From positions 34,472,001-34,536,000 of the forward strand of contig JBITNC010000002.1 of NCBI GenBank assembly GCA_050084985.1: DNA of 64,000 bases, written 5' to 3'. The DNA is from Nageia nagi (lineage: Eukaryota; Plantae; Pinophyta). Of this stretch, positions 27,745 through 40,444 are shown piece after piece. How positions within the stretch are numbered: the stretch's first letter is position 1; the number at the start of each line of letters is the position of its first letter. The position numbers and the translations under genes are program-made. Under the pieces are notes generated by a model. That model saw nothing but the letters and a program-made list of their open reading frames with translations. It was not told the DNA's origin and did no database searches.

Positions 27745-28460
27745 AGAAAATATTTTGAGGTTATTCCATATTAGCCCTGCTGACCAGTGATTGATCATTT
27801 TCAGTATGAAGGTATGGTCTACAATGTCATTCTTGCTTTTGATGGGTCATCTTCAAAATGCAACAATTGAAATTGTTGCAATCTTCATCTGGTAATTTGT
27901 CCCTTAATTCATTTTAATTTAGAAAATTGTAAGTTTCCCTTAGGTGACTACTTATACTTTACAAAAATATATGCCATGATCTTAGTACTATATCCTTATA
28001 AACTCACCTGAAGATGTCCAAGACCCCCTACATCTCTTCGATCAATGTGCCTCCTTAGGTGTTGACTCTTGAGTTAAGCCATACAAGAAACCTTTGTTTT
28101 ATTGCTATTCTTATTGCAAAAGTACATACTTTGACATTTTCACTTATTTCTTTTGTAGCATGAATTTGAATGGATAGGTTATGATCTTCTTTGGTTCCAA
28201 TATTGGTATTGGGTATGTTTTTTCATACATAGTATCACATTTTCTATTATGCATTTGGGATTTTTATAATGAAATTATATGAAAATTAAAAAAATTTAAT
28301 AGAAATGCTATTAATATTTGCAAATAACATATAAATAGTTTAATGAAAAAGATAAATTATGGATAAACATATTGAAGGAAAGCACAATGCCACTAAATTA
28401 AATATATCTAAGGAGAGCCCAGTGCTTCTCAAGACTCTATTGGTGACATATATGTATCAA
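27745..28460 (+). pseudogene. MATE/DTX pseudogene fragment (exons 3-4 with flanking introns)
   Basis: Collinear with 38925-39580 of the intact gene, introns included. The exon 3 copy is 27805-27891. The exon 4 copy (28159-28212) has TGG>TAG and a 3-bp loss. Other exons were not found. Confidence 0.9.
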
Positions 28461-29849
28461 TTATATGAACATGTTTCTCATGCCTATGTTCACTATCTCC
28501 TCCAAGGTCAAGGATCTTATGCCCTTATGTTCTCACATTTCATATATTTTAATCTTTAGTTTGTTTTGTTTTCCTCACCATCATACTATTGTAAATTTTC
28601 ATTGATGGTTATCTTAGCTTCATTTGATAGTCTCTCATAAGACCCCACATTTTCTTTATAATGTCATTATTGTATGATCTATATTGTTTACTCTCATATT
28701 ATTTGTCAATTACCTTGCCTATATCCTTCTTTTCAATCAAAGATTCAAATATCTACCTCTAAAATATGTGGATGGCTTTTATTAATTGGCTTCTTACTCC
28801 TTTTGCAAGTATATAACAAGTGATAAATGATTAATTTGACTCATATGCACATTTAATCTTTAGTGATAAGCTTGTGTTTATCCCTCATATGTACCACAAA
28901 CCACATGGTTGCATATATACAAACTCCTCCCAACCACCCTAACAACATGCCACTTTCCTTTTAACAGCATCTATGAAAATCTCTCTAGGATCAAGAACTT
29001 GTTGTACTAGCCTCATCTCTTATCCATAAACCTATAAGATATACATGAGATTATGCTATAAAATGTTCAATTTATGTATACCCAACAAAAAATGTAGAAA
29101 TAACAACTATTAAAATCTAAGGCAACTACCAATATCTAGAGTATGGATAGCATAACTTAAAGTTTCTTTTCATGTATGAATTGTAAATATTTTATCTTTC
29201 TTGAATTTGTACCTATAAAATTAAAACTTGAAAAAACTTAGGTGCAATATGCACTACATGGGAAGCCTCCTTGGGACTTCAAGATCCAAGACAAATTGAT
29301 CTAAAAAAGAATAAAAATATTTCAAAGCCTATCAAAATCGTGTTTGACTATATAACAAAATTAATATGGATATACTTTTATGTAATTTTGTTTGATACCA
29401 TTACAATGTGAAGACCAATAAGATTACTCAAACTTAAACTAGGATTTTATAATCATCTCTTTGTAGAAAAAAATTGATGTAAATCATCCTTTATATATGA
29501 CCAATATTATTGATCCTTCACATGTTTTTAATAACATCAATTTTCTTCCTTGAAGAGATTGTATAAGCTCTTTGTTTAAGTTTGAGCAATCTTATTGATC
29601 CTACATATGTTATTAATGATGTAAAAGAAAAATAAATAAAAATATAATAACTATGATTTCTTCCACTCATTCAAACACAAAAATTCATACTAAGAACTAA
29701 AAACATAAATGAGTTTCTTATAAAACAATTCATTACATTTATAAATGAAAATTAATGAATATGTTTCAAGTAATTATTATATGTTGTCTCTATTAAGGGA
29801 AAACATTTTTTTTCATAAAATATACAACATAAATTAGTTTCTTATAAAC

Positions 29850-30900
29850 AAAATGATGCCTCATTGAAATGTAGTTTCAAATACTAGAATGATTGCATGA
29901 TATGCATAAAGTGGATTTTCTAAAAAGGTTATAAGAACTTTTAAGCATATTTAATTATCATGTATAAAGCCCAAAGCTACAACCTTTGCCTAAATTGGGT
30001 GTGTGGATGTGTCTCCTTGGTGCTTGTAGATCACATATGAATGTAGGAATTTAAATAAGTCATTAAATAAATAATTATAAAAAAATTAAATAAGTAATTT
30101 TACAAAAAAATTAATAAGTAATTTTACGAAAAATAAATAAGATATTAAAAAAACACTATTTTTTAAATAACTTTAAATAAGTAATTTGAAACAAATTTAA
30201 ATACATAATTTAAAAAAAAATTAAATATGTAATTTGAAAAAAAAAATGTAAATTTTAGAAAATGAAGAAGAAAATGCAATTGTGAGGTGTAAAGCTAAAA
30301 TCTTCAAACTTTGCCTAATTTGAGTGTGTCGATATGTCTAGTTAATGCTTCTAGATGACATCAAAATGTAGAAATAGGTGAATTTTTAGCAATAATCATT
30401 TTTTTGTGAGAGCGTAAATGTTCTCCATCTTATGTTCTTATGTCAAATATTTATGTTGTAGTGGGTAATTGGGATGATCTTAAAAGAGTATGTACATTGA
30501 TCAAAGATAGATAAATAAAAAAGACATAAAGATGTAGTTTGATTGGAGTTACAAAAAGGGAACATGATTTTCTTGTAAGAGACAAAATGACACCTAAACT
30601 AAGGAAATCTATGAAAATTTGGAAAAATTGAATAAGATGAATGTAGATGGGTATATGCCAAATATAGTACTTGTGTTGCATGATGTAGAGGCTAACGATA
30701 AAGAATTACATCAATACTAGAGTAGTCAAATGTTGGCAACTATTTTTAGGTTGTTAAGGACACCCCTTACAATATTTATTAAGGTTATGAAGAACCTTTG
30801 AGTATGTGATGACTACAATACTGCAACCAAATTTATCTTCAAGATTGTCTCAAGGGACATTGTTGTGATGGAAGGGAACCAATTTCATCATTTCAAATAT
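29850..30900 (+). pseudogene. PLS-class PPR protein remnant with E/E+ and DYW domains
   Basis: Reads MP..NVV...MIA.YA, KP..TTFA, VWMCLLGACRSH, SYVLMSNIY..VGNWDD, GYMPN..LVLHDVE and IKVMKNL*VCDDYNTATKFIFKIVSRDIVVMEGNQFHHFK. The HSEKLA and CxxCH zinc motifs are destroyed and the terminal DYW is missing. Confidence 0.85.
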
Positions 30901-31244
30901 TAAATATTGGAAAAGGTATTACAAGTAACCTAGTACTTTTGTATGAACAAACTAAAGTAACTCTTAATTATCCTTTATTGGTAGATTTTACAAAATGAGT
31001 TTTTTGCAAAGGCCCCAAAGACTTTTAATTAAAGGCAATTATAAGGTATAAAGCTAGACTTTGTAACCTTTTTCGGTATTCTTCCAGCAAGTGTGATGAC
31101 CCATTTGAACATGACTTTATGCCATACGAGTTATATGAACTTTGATTATCCCTCACTCTATGCACTTCATATAAACTTGTATTTGCATTCGTCACCGGCT
31201 CATGCTTATCATGGCATGACATTGCCCCCATGTCCATGTCAAAT

Positions 31245-34200
31245 AAATTACATTATATATATGCTTAGTTTTTATGAGAAACCTTTAGCTACTAATCTTT
31301 ATATATGTCTTTTATTTATTAGACATAATTTAATTCATTGACATAATAATTTACTAGAAGATTAATTAACTCCCACATTTCACTCTTTTATATGGTATCA
31401 ATCCTATAATTCATAGCTTTCCACAAGATTTCATTCTTCATTTCATCTTCAAAATATCTTAATTCTACTTGAATTTGAAATTGAATAATATTTAAACTAC
31501 TATTGATTATATTATAAAATTTAGCTTAATACCAAAAAGTCGACATAGATAATATGCTTGTATCTTTTAAACAAAAATTGAACTTAATACCAAAGAATAG
31601 AGATAGATAATATACTTGTATCTTTTATAGTTTTTAAAAGTTCTTATCTGATTTTTAGGCTAAGAACACTTCTAAAAACTTACTAGCAAATGGATTAGTC
31701 CACTAATGCTACTTTCTTCACAATTCTAACTCTCAACTTTTGCAATACAGGATCTTTGCAAAAAAATGTGCCTAAGTGTACATTGATTAAACTTTTATTA
31801 TTAAAAAACTATATATCTCTTTCATCACAAACAAACTATGGTGCCAAATATTAGATTTTAAAGAAGAAAAATAAAAGAAACATAATATATTTTGACTAGA
31901 AAAAGACACAAAATAACTATCCCTTAAGTATCTAATATTAATTTTATTTATTAATATTATTAATATTTTATATATGCTTAGTTTTTATGAGAAAATATTA
32001 GCTACTAGTCTTTATATATGGAGTTTATTTTATAGATTTACTTTAATTCATTGACATACTTTTTTACTAGAAGATTAACTCTCACATCTCATTATTTTTT
32101 ATGGTATCAATCCTATAATTCATAATTTTACATAAGATTACTTTAGTTTATTGATATACTATTTTACTATAAGATTAACTAACTCCCACATTTCATTATT
32201 TTCTATGGTATCAATCCTATAATTCATGATTTTACATTAGATTTCATACTTCATTACATCTCCAAAATATCTTGATTCTACTTGAATAATATTTAAACTA
32301 CTACTAACTATATTATAAAATTTAACTTAGTATCAAAGACTAGAGATAGATAATATAATTATATTTTTTTGATAATTTTTATTTTTAAAAACTCTTATCC
32401 AATTTCTAAGCTAACAAATTTTGTAAAAACTTAACAGATGGATCAATTCCTTGATGTACTTTCTTCACAATTCTAACTCTCAACTTTTGTAAAATAGGAC
32501 CATCTACAAAACAAATGTGTTCAAGTTAAAATTGATTAAACTTTGCTTATTGAAATACTATATATCTCTCTCCTCACAAACAAACTATGGTGATAAATAT
32601 TAGATTTTAAAGAAGAAAAATAATTTGACTTGAAAAAGGCACAAAATAAGTGTTGCTGAACTACCCAATATTAATATTTATTAATTGATTGCACCCTACA
32701 AACCTAATTGCACTTTATGTATAATTCTTATCTAAAATCTACAAATAAACTCATTTATCTTGAACTATTTTCACATATAATTACTTTGATAAATAGTAAA
32801 ATTTAATTAACATGCTTTAATATTATATTTTATTTTTAAAACTCTATTAAATTTAAAATTATCTCAAAATAATTCAACGATCATTTATGTCTTACAAAAT
32901 TATATCTTGATGTCCACCCAACCATAATGAGCTTCATATTGTCATTCTTAAATATGAATTTTCCTTGTATAAATGGAAATGATAGCTCCCCGTTTTAATA
33001 AGTAATTTGTTAATTGGTGAAGTTTAGGCTTGAAATTTCTCCAACATGTTCTTTCTTCTTTTAAAACCTTTTTAGAGTGCCATCATGACTCTCTTTTGAA
33101 ATGAAAGCACAAAAATAAAAAATAAAATTCTATGTATATATTACTTTACATAATCTAGCTTGTGTTGAACTCTACTACTTACATCTACTTAAGTGTTCAA
33201 TTTTCAGGGTCATCTTTCAACTTGAAATCAACTTCATGGTCACATCTTTGCAAGGGATAAGCTTTACTTTCCATTTTAGAACATCAAAGCTTTCAAATTC
33301 ATTTTTTATTATATCTCTTCAAAAACATTTCTTTTTGATACCCTTGTTAAGCTCATAGTTCTTTCAACATTTCATTTACTACTCCTCATCATCTTTGACC
33401 TTTTAAAGCAAAACTACATAGATCTATTAGAGTAAAGATTTATCATCACTAAATTTAGGTTATTTGGGTCTTTCCTTCATAACTTTTCAGCCCTAAACTA
33501 ACTTTTTATGCATAGCATTTTCTTGCATATCACTGATGGTATAACTTTCATGCCCATGTATCTCTAGCACTAGTGGTCTCCCAGCCAAAGAGGACTTGTC
33601 AAGTATGAGATTTGAGGATGATATTATTTCTTGTATAGGGAGTCTAGAGGCTCTTTGTCCACATTTTTTCATTATCCTAACCACATATGCCTAGCAATAT
33701 TATTTCAAGAGATCATACTCTTCAAGCAAGTATCCTTAGAGAAATCTACATATACTCGTACCATCAAATTAATCAGCTTTTTCTTCCAACCTATTTTAGA
33801 CCCCACTATTAGAAAATGACCTTCAAACAATGCTCTTCATCATTCTCATAGTCTCAGGTCAATGCAACATGTATCACATTTCATATAAGTACCATCCACT
33901 CATAGCTTGGGTGATAGCTATGTATCATGAGTTTTACTTTCTCTATGAGTGATCCCTCTTCTAGATCAAGACACTCTTTATAATGTAGTTTTATGATTTT
34001 GTTTGTTTATGTCAGTCCTAGGATCCTCAACCCTAGCACTTTTTTTCATTTAACAAGATTGTACTATTGAGTTTCATTAACCTATTTTTGGAAATAAGTA
34101 GATATTACAATATATTTTTATTTCTATATCTATGATAAAATAGGTGGAAATCTATCATAGCTAAAGTCAAGGTGAGGAATTGATGTAGGATGACATGCGA

Positions 34201-34791
34201 AAAATGAGATATACATGGTAAGTTGCTTAAGCGACCATGAGGATGTTCCCTCTCATTTTAGGATCATTTCATGATGCCATTACATAAGTGGAGTATGGCA
34301 GTTATATCATTTCAAATGGATAGAAAGTGAGTAATAGGCTAAACTTAGTTTAGATAAAAAAAATTTATGATCATGTTACAGTATAGGTTTCATGTTCAAT
34401 TTGTTTCCATCTAGAGACATACATTGCTTGGGCACACATTAACAGTGGAAAGTCTTATCCCATAGATCTATGTTGATCTTGAATAGACATTAAAAACCTT
34501 TCCCTTTCCCTTTTCTCGAATCTAAAATCCATTTCCTAATTTATAATTGATGGTTCTCTTCTCAGTTTCATTGGTACAAGTCACTCTACACATATGAAAG
34601 TAGAATTTTTCACATCCCCTTTCGAATGCAAACCAAAGAAGTTCAGCAAAAATAGCTTAATGCAATACACTTATTTACCTTTTGGAGGTGGCCTCTAGAT
34701 ATGTGTGAGGATTGAGTTTATGATGAAATGAAAGGAAATATTATTAATGTCTACAATGGGCCAAATATGACCCAAGGTACTAAAAAAGTAG
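31245..34791 (+). repeat. Segmental duplication block B (paralogue at 59151-62695), containing an older ~710 bp internal tandem duplication
   Basis: Collinear from AAATTACATTATATATATGCTTAG to AAAAAGTAG. ORFs 33493-33684 and 61406-61657 are paralogous. The internal repeat starts at ~31256 and ~31970. Confidence 0.95.
34135..34770 (+). pseudogene. Cytochrome P450 pseudogene, last two exons (CYP85 clan, CYP716/CYP725-like)
   Basis: The exon ending at 34326 reads DDMRKMRYTW*VA*ATMRMFPLILGSFHDAIT*VEYGSYIISNG*K, matching MKYTWQVAQETMR..PP..GSFR.AIT.I.Y.GY.IPKGWK. A GT-AG intron spans 34327-34565. The last exon reads HSTHM...YTYLPFGGGL*ICVRIEF (heme motif). Confidence 0.88.
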
Positions 34792-35759
34792 AACAGTGAA
34801 AATGATAAGTAGGGGGGTAAAAGTGCCTAGCCAAAGAGAAAATAAAAATAATACAAAAGAGTGCATAATCATGCATAGAGGAAATAATATCATCCATAAG
34901 ACACATTCTCTCTTAATTTCTCCTAATATCATATGTTGATGAATCAATGCTAAAAAAATCATTGATCTAGCTTTGTCTATCATTATTCTACAATCCTAAA
35001 GATCCATAGGTACATTGTATAGTGGCCTTACTAATGTCTGGATAATCTAGTGCCTATCATTTTTGGCCAATATCTATATGATCCCTTGGTAGATCAAAGC
35101 TAGTGAAGTAGGATGTGATAAACTAAGATTGTTGAGTGTGGGAGACACCTAAATGAGAGCTTTTCTATTGATGAAATTGGTTTTCATCTTTGATATAAAG
35201 CCCCAAGTAATGTTGGTCCTCATAATAGGAAAAAATGGATATAGAGCATGAATCACCCCTAAAGAGGTAGTGGAATCTACCTCGAATCTCATAATGTATC
35301 AAAAAATGAAAAATAAAATAGTTTAGAGTTTCTACTTTCCCTAGGGAACAAAACGTACATATTCGCTCCTCTCTTGGAATATGATGATCTTTTTCAACCC
35401 ATAGCTAATGGGAGCATACTCAAAGTTGCCCAATGGAGACCTGTATGGCATGTGTAAAAGATTGCTAGAGGTATTGAGGAGGCACTATCTACCTATCTTG
35501 GATATGGAGAAAGTGCTCATTATAAAATGATAGCTTGGGGGAGAGGGGGTTAATGGGAGATATCCAAGTGCAAAAGGTATAATGAAGAACGATGTTCTTC
35601 CGAATCTCATGAATGATTTTTTCCTTCTTATTCTATGATGGAACTCTAAGAGAGTAAGGTAGAATTATGTCAATATGAATCTAAATAGTTTCTAAAAGTA
35701 TAAATACCTCATAATACCAACCCCTTTGCCTCCTCCTAAGAATCAATGAAAGGGCCATC

Positions 35760-36140
35760 GAAGAGCATAAAGCAAGGTAAGGATACCTTCTAAACCCATA
35801 AGGGATGTCTCCCAAAGTGTGAAGCCTTCAAAGACAAGTGATGATCTTTATAATAATCTCCAATTGAATAGGTGAAGCTCCAAACTTTTCAAGGATGATC
35901 GAATGAGGGAATCATGTGCTTGAATTGTATTAAGCTTCAAAGAAAAAGAGTTTGTACTCGTTCAACACGAGATCATTCAATCGAAATAAGACTAGGGCCC
36001 CATAGTTTCAATTTGTAGGTAATAGTTGGCTTCACCAAGGTGTTAAAAATCTTCATCTGGACTGGGATATCTTGGAAATGAGCTCTAAAGCAACTACGCT
36101 CTATTAAAATCTTCAAAGGCTAAATATTTTGCAACAATGG
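35760..36140 (-). mobile_element. Non-LTR retrotransposon (RTE/L2-type) ORF2 C-terminal remnant
   Basis: The minus strand reads MKIFNTLVKPTITYKLKLWGPSL...RVERVQTLFL...IILEKFGASPI, resembling the post-RT motif LF..LV.P.L.YG.E.WG....IE.VQ..FL. Confidence 0.5.
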
Positions 36141-36704
36141 TCAAAGGATTTTGCTCATATGTTTCATGTTTAGTTGTTTATATCATATATGTTTAATGTT
36201 TAAGTACATGTATGTTTAAGTTTAGGATTTCTCTTTTTTACTTTTTTATACCTACTCCACAAGATACCTCATGTATATGTAATAAAACTTAATGTTTGTA
36301 ACATTTACTGGCATGGTAGATATGTAATTGCATTTGTATTTATAATGGTAAACCTTATGTATTTATATAATTATTTTGCATATATAATACCAAATCACAT
36401 GCATACATAAATATACTTAGTATGCACATTATGAGACTATGTGTGTATATATAATCGATGAATGTTGCATGCATAGGAAGAATTCAAGATTTTCTTGATT
36501 TAATACATACATATGTAATAATATTTAATGCATATAATAATAAATCACCTGCATTTGCAAATATATTCTATACATATAATAACAAATTACATGTTTACAA
36601 AGATATTTTGTGTGTATAATATAAAACTTTGTGTATATGTAACTATACCTAGCGTATATATTATGAGACCTTGTGCATATATATGATGTGGCAAATATTT
36701 TGTG

Positions 36705-36812
36705 CAAGAAGAATTCAAGATATTCCTATTTTGATGTAAGTGTATATTGAGATAAATAATCTTTGTGTGTGTGTGTGTGTGTGTATAAAAGAAGAATTCA
36801 AGATATTCTTTG

Positions 36813-36864
<52 letters not shown>

Positions 36865-36912
36865 GAAGAATTCAATATATTCTTACTTTGATATGTGTGT
36901 GTGTGTGTGTAT
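36705..36912. repeat. Compound (GT)n microsatellites embedded in a larger repeat unit
   Basis: Three GT tracts (~36764, ~36820, ~36894), each following AAGAAGAATTCAA(g/t)ATATTC. The locus lies ~700 bp upstream of the MATE ATG. Confidence 0.9.
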
Positions 36913-37606
36913 TGGTATTCTATGAATGATTCATTAGATTTTATGCATATGTATTGATACTTTATTTGAGAATCATGATATTTTATGTATATAATGATAT
37001 CTTGCACGTATGTAATTATAAGCTTTGTATATATATGATTCACATTAACTTTGGGTAGGTGTTTGTATATATATGATTCACATTAACTTTGAGTAGGTGA
37101 AGACATGTCAGTTGACACATGCATAAGGTATCTACTCAATTAAGAAATGGTAAACTGAAAAAGTAGGTATACATATGCACATGATAAACTACCTAATATT
37201 TTCTCACCAAAAAAAATAAAACACCTGAAATATGATTAACATGTCCACAAAGTACACAACATTTTAATATACACCCAACATTTATAAACAAATTTGAACA
37301 AGATAGCCTTTTCCTATTTAAAATGGTGTACGTTGATTGTAACTTTTTGAAATGTTGGGTCCATGTATCTTGATAGGAGCTTTTTCAACACACTTTGTTT
37401 AGGCGTGAGATTCTTTCCAGCCATTTTATAATAATAATTTTTTTTTATATTAATATAATATTGATAAATCGCAGACGACATAACAAACCACATTGTCGAA
37501 TGAACTTTTGTTTCAACTAAGATTCAAACCTAACAAAAGGGATGATTGTAAACATTGTCTATATAATATTTCTACAACGAGAGCTGATAGCGAGTGATTG
37601 TTAAGC

Positions 37607-40444
37607 ATGGAGGACTCTCTACATTCCCCACTGTTGAATGAAGATTCGGTAGATGCAGGCGACATGCGTGAGATTACATCATGTAAACAGTTCACGACGG
37701 AATGCTTGCTTGAAAGCAAACGACTGTGGGTGATTGTTGGTCCTTCAATTTTTATCAGTGTGTCTACGTTTGCGCTTGGATCCATTACACAAACCTTTGC
37801 AGGTCACTTGGGAACGATAGAGCTGGCTGGCGTTTCCCTTGAGATTTCTGTAATCCAAGTACTGAGTTATGGAACCATGGTGAGTACTGAGTAGTACACT
37901 CAAATCATTAAACTTTTATGTCTCGTTTGTTGGTGGAATTGGTCAAGTGGTGACCATGGTCTCATGTTCAATTCCTTTCACTAGGAGACATACAGGTAAG
38001 TCCCATAGATTTATGTCGGTCTCCTGCGGACGTTAAAAAAACTTTTCCTTTTTTTCTGTTATTTGTTGAGTTGATCATGTTTTTATCTTGCTGCATCTTG
38101 TGTCCTATATATTCTATATATTCAGTTACCACTAGAAACATACATGCTATGTATAAGCTTACTACGGTCTTTCCATAGATCTGTTGATCTTCCTGTTACT
38201 ACGGTCTTTCCATAGATCTGTTGATCTTCCTGGAGGTTAATATACTTTACCGGAATCAACCTTAATGGATTAATCAAATCAGTTTATATTATATTGACTA
38301 CAGATGGGAATGGGCAGCGCATTGGAGACACTCTGTGGCCAAGCCTTCGGAGCAGGACAAATTCACATGCTTGGAGTTTATTTGCAGCGTTCATGGATAA
38401 TATTATTGAGTACAGCATTGTTTTTGAGTCTTGTTTACGTGTTTGCTTCTCCTATTCTTAAACTGATTGGAGAGGCAGATGATGTAGCTGACATAGCAGG
38501 AGTGTTTGCAATTTGGATGCTACCACAACTCATTGCCTTGGCGTTAAATTTTCCAATGCAGAAGTTTCTTCAAGCCCAGAGAAAAGTCATGGCCATGACT
38601 TGGATTTGCTTAGCTGCCATGATAATTCATATCGTTTTGAGTTGGTTTTTGATCTTCAAACTAAGTCTCGGGTTGGTTGGAGCAGCTATTTCATTGAACT
38701 TATCATGGTGGATAATTGATCTTTGTCAGTTTTTGTATATTGTTTATTATTGCAAGGATGCTTGGAAAGGTTTCTCCTGGCTGGCTTTTCATAATTTAGG
38801 GATTTTTACAGGACATTCAATTGCTTCGGCTGTCATGATCTGGTTAGTAAAACAATTATGGTGTTCGTCTATACTGAACTCAAATTTCCCAAATAAAAAA
38901 GCTAATAGGCAGAATAAATGAGCAAATATTTAAGGTTATTATATTTTAGCCTTGCTCACCGGTGATTGATCATATTCAGTTTGGAGGTCTGGTATATAAT
39001 GTCGTTGTTGCTTTTGACGGGTCATCTTCGAAATGCATTAATTGAAATCGATGCAATGTCCATCTGGTAAGCAGTCCCTTAATTCATTTTCATTTGGAAA
39101 ATTTTAAGATTCCCTTACCTGACTGCTTGCACTTTGCAAAAATATATTCCATGATCTGGGTACTGTATTCCTCTAAACTCACCTGCCCACATGTCCAAGA
39201 CCTTGCCTCTCTTTGTTTTATTCCTATTCTGAGTGCAAAAGTACGTACTTTGACATTTTCACTTATTCCTTTTACAGCATGAATTTGAATGGATGGGCTG
39301 CAATGATCTTCTTTGGTTTCAATATTGGTATTAGGTATGATTTTTTCATACATGGTATCAGATTTTCTGTTGTGTATTTGAGATTTTAATAACTAAATTA
39401 AATGATAATTAAATAATTTTAATAGAAATGTTACTTATATTCGCAGATAAACAAGAAAAAATAGTTAGTGAAAAGATAAAGTATGTATAAACATATCGAA
39501 GGAAAGTACAATTCCTTTAAATATAAACATATCCAAGAAGAGCCCAATGCTTCTCAGACCCTAATGGTAACATATGATAATGCGTCTCAATGACTTTTAG
39601 TAGTAGTTCCCACACACTAACTTAATCAGTATTTAACTACTTGCACAGTGTGAGAGTATCAAATGAACTGGGAGCAGGTCGCCCAAAAGCTGCAAAGTTT
39701 TCTGTTCTTATCGTGGTTGTAACGGCCTTGTTAATCGGCATTTTTTGTATGGGAGCCATATTTGTTACCAAAAATAAGTTTGCACTGTTGTTCACTGATA
39801 GTAAGGTGATCATGAAAGAAGTGTCCAGCATGATAACTTTGCTTGGACTGACAATGCTTTTATATAGTGTACAACCAGTTCTATCAGGTAAAGTTCAAAA
39901 TCATACTTCACATGACCTTCCTTCTTTAAATTGGGAATTTTTTTGTAGTTTCAAAATGTCACACAATTGTTACTAAGAGTTCTGTACATCAGGTGTGGCT
40001 GTAGGTGGAGGATGGCAAGCGGTAGTAGCCTACATAAACATAGGATGCTATTATCTCGTTGGAATACCCCTTGGTCTTCTTTTGGGATACAAGTTGGACC
40101 TTGGAGCAAAGGTGAATTTTTTCCTACCTATCTAGAATGTGAATTCCAAATTACTACTTTTGGTTCCTTGTTGCTACAAAACTAAAAGGGCTTTTGATTT
40201 TGATCTTCAGGGCATATGGGGTGGTATGCTTTGTGGAATAACACTGCAGACTCTCATTCTATTGCTAATCACATATTTCACTAACTGGAATAAAGAGGTA
40301 AAAAACATCATATTACTGAAATGGCTCTTGTGGCCCTTATCCCATGACTATGGTTTTTATCGTTTTCACATAATACAGGCTTCTCAAGCCGAGGATCGCC
40401 TCAACTCTTGGGGAAGTTCAGGTGAAGGCCATATTAATGAATAA
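37607..40444 (+). CDS. DTX: MATE family (DETOXIFICATION) efflux transporter, 8 exons, 488 aa, apparently intact
   Basis: Exons 37607-37879, 38304-38842, 38980-39066, 39278-39334, 39649-39887, 39993-40111, 40211-40297 and 40379-40444 are all GT-AG and total 1467 nt in frame. Motifs: [79 protein letters not shown] and TNWNKE. It resembles the DTX33-35-type clade (inference). Confidence 0.96.
37918..38041 (+). mobile_element. Putative short tRNA-derived SINE in MATE intron 1
   Basis: A-box-like TGGTGGAATTGG (37931-37942), B-box GTTCAATTCC (37966-37975) and an A7 tail (38035-38041). Flanking direct repeat AAACTTTT at 37910-37917 and 38039-38046. Confidence 0.55.
38159..38232. repeat. Perfect 37 bp tandem duplication in MATE intron 1
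   Basis: TTACTACGGTCTTTCCATAGATCTGTTGATCTTCCTG occurs twice. Confidence 0.95.
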
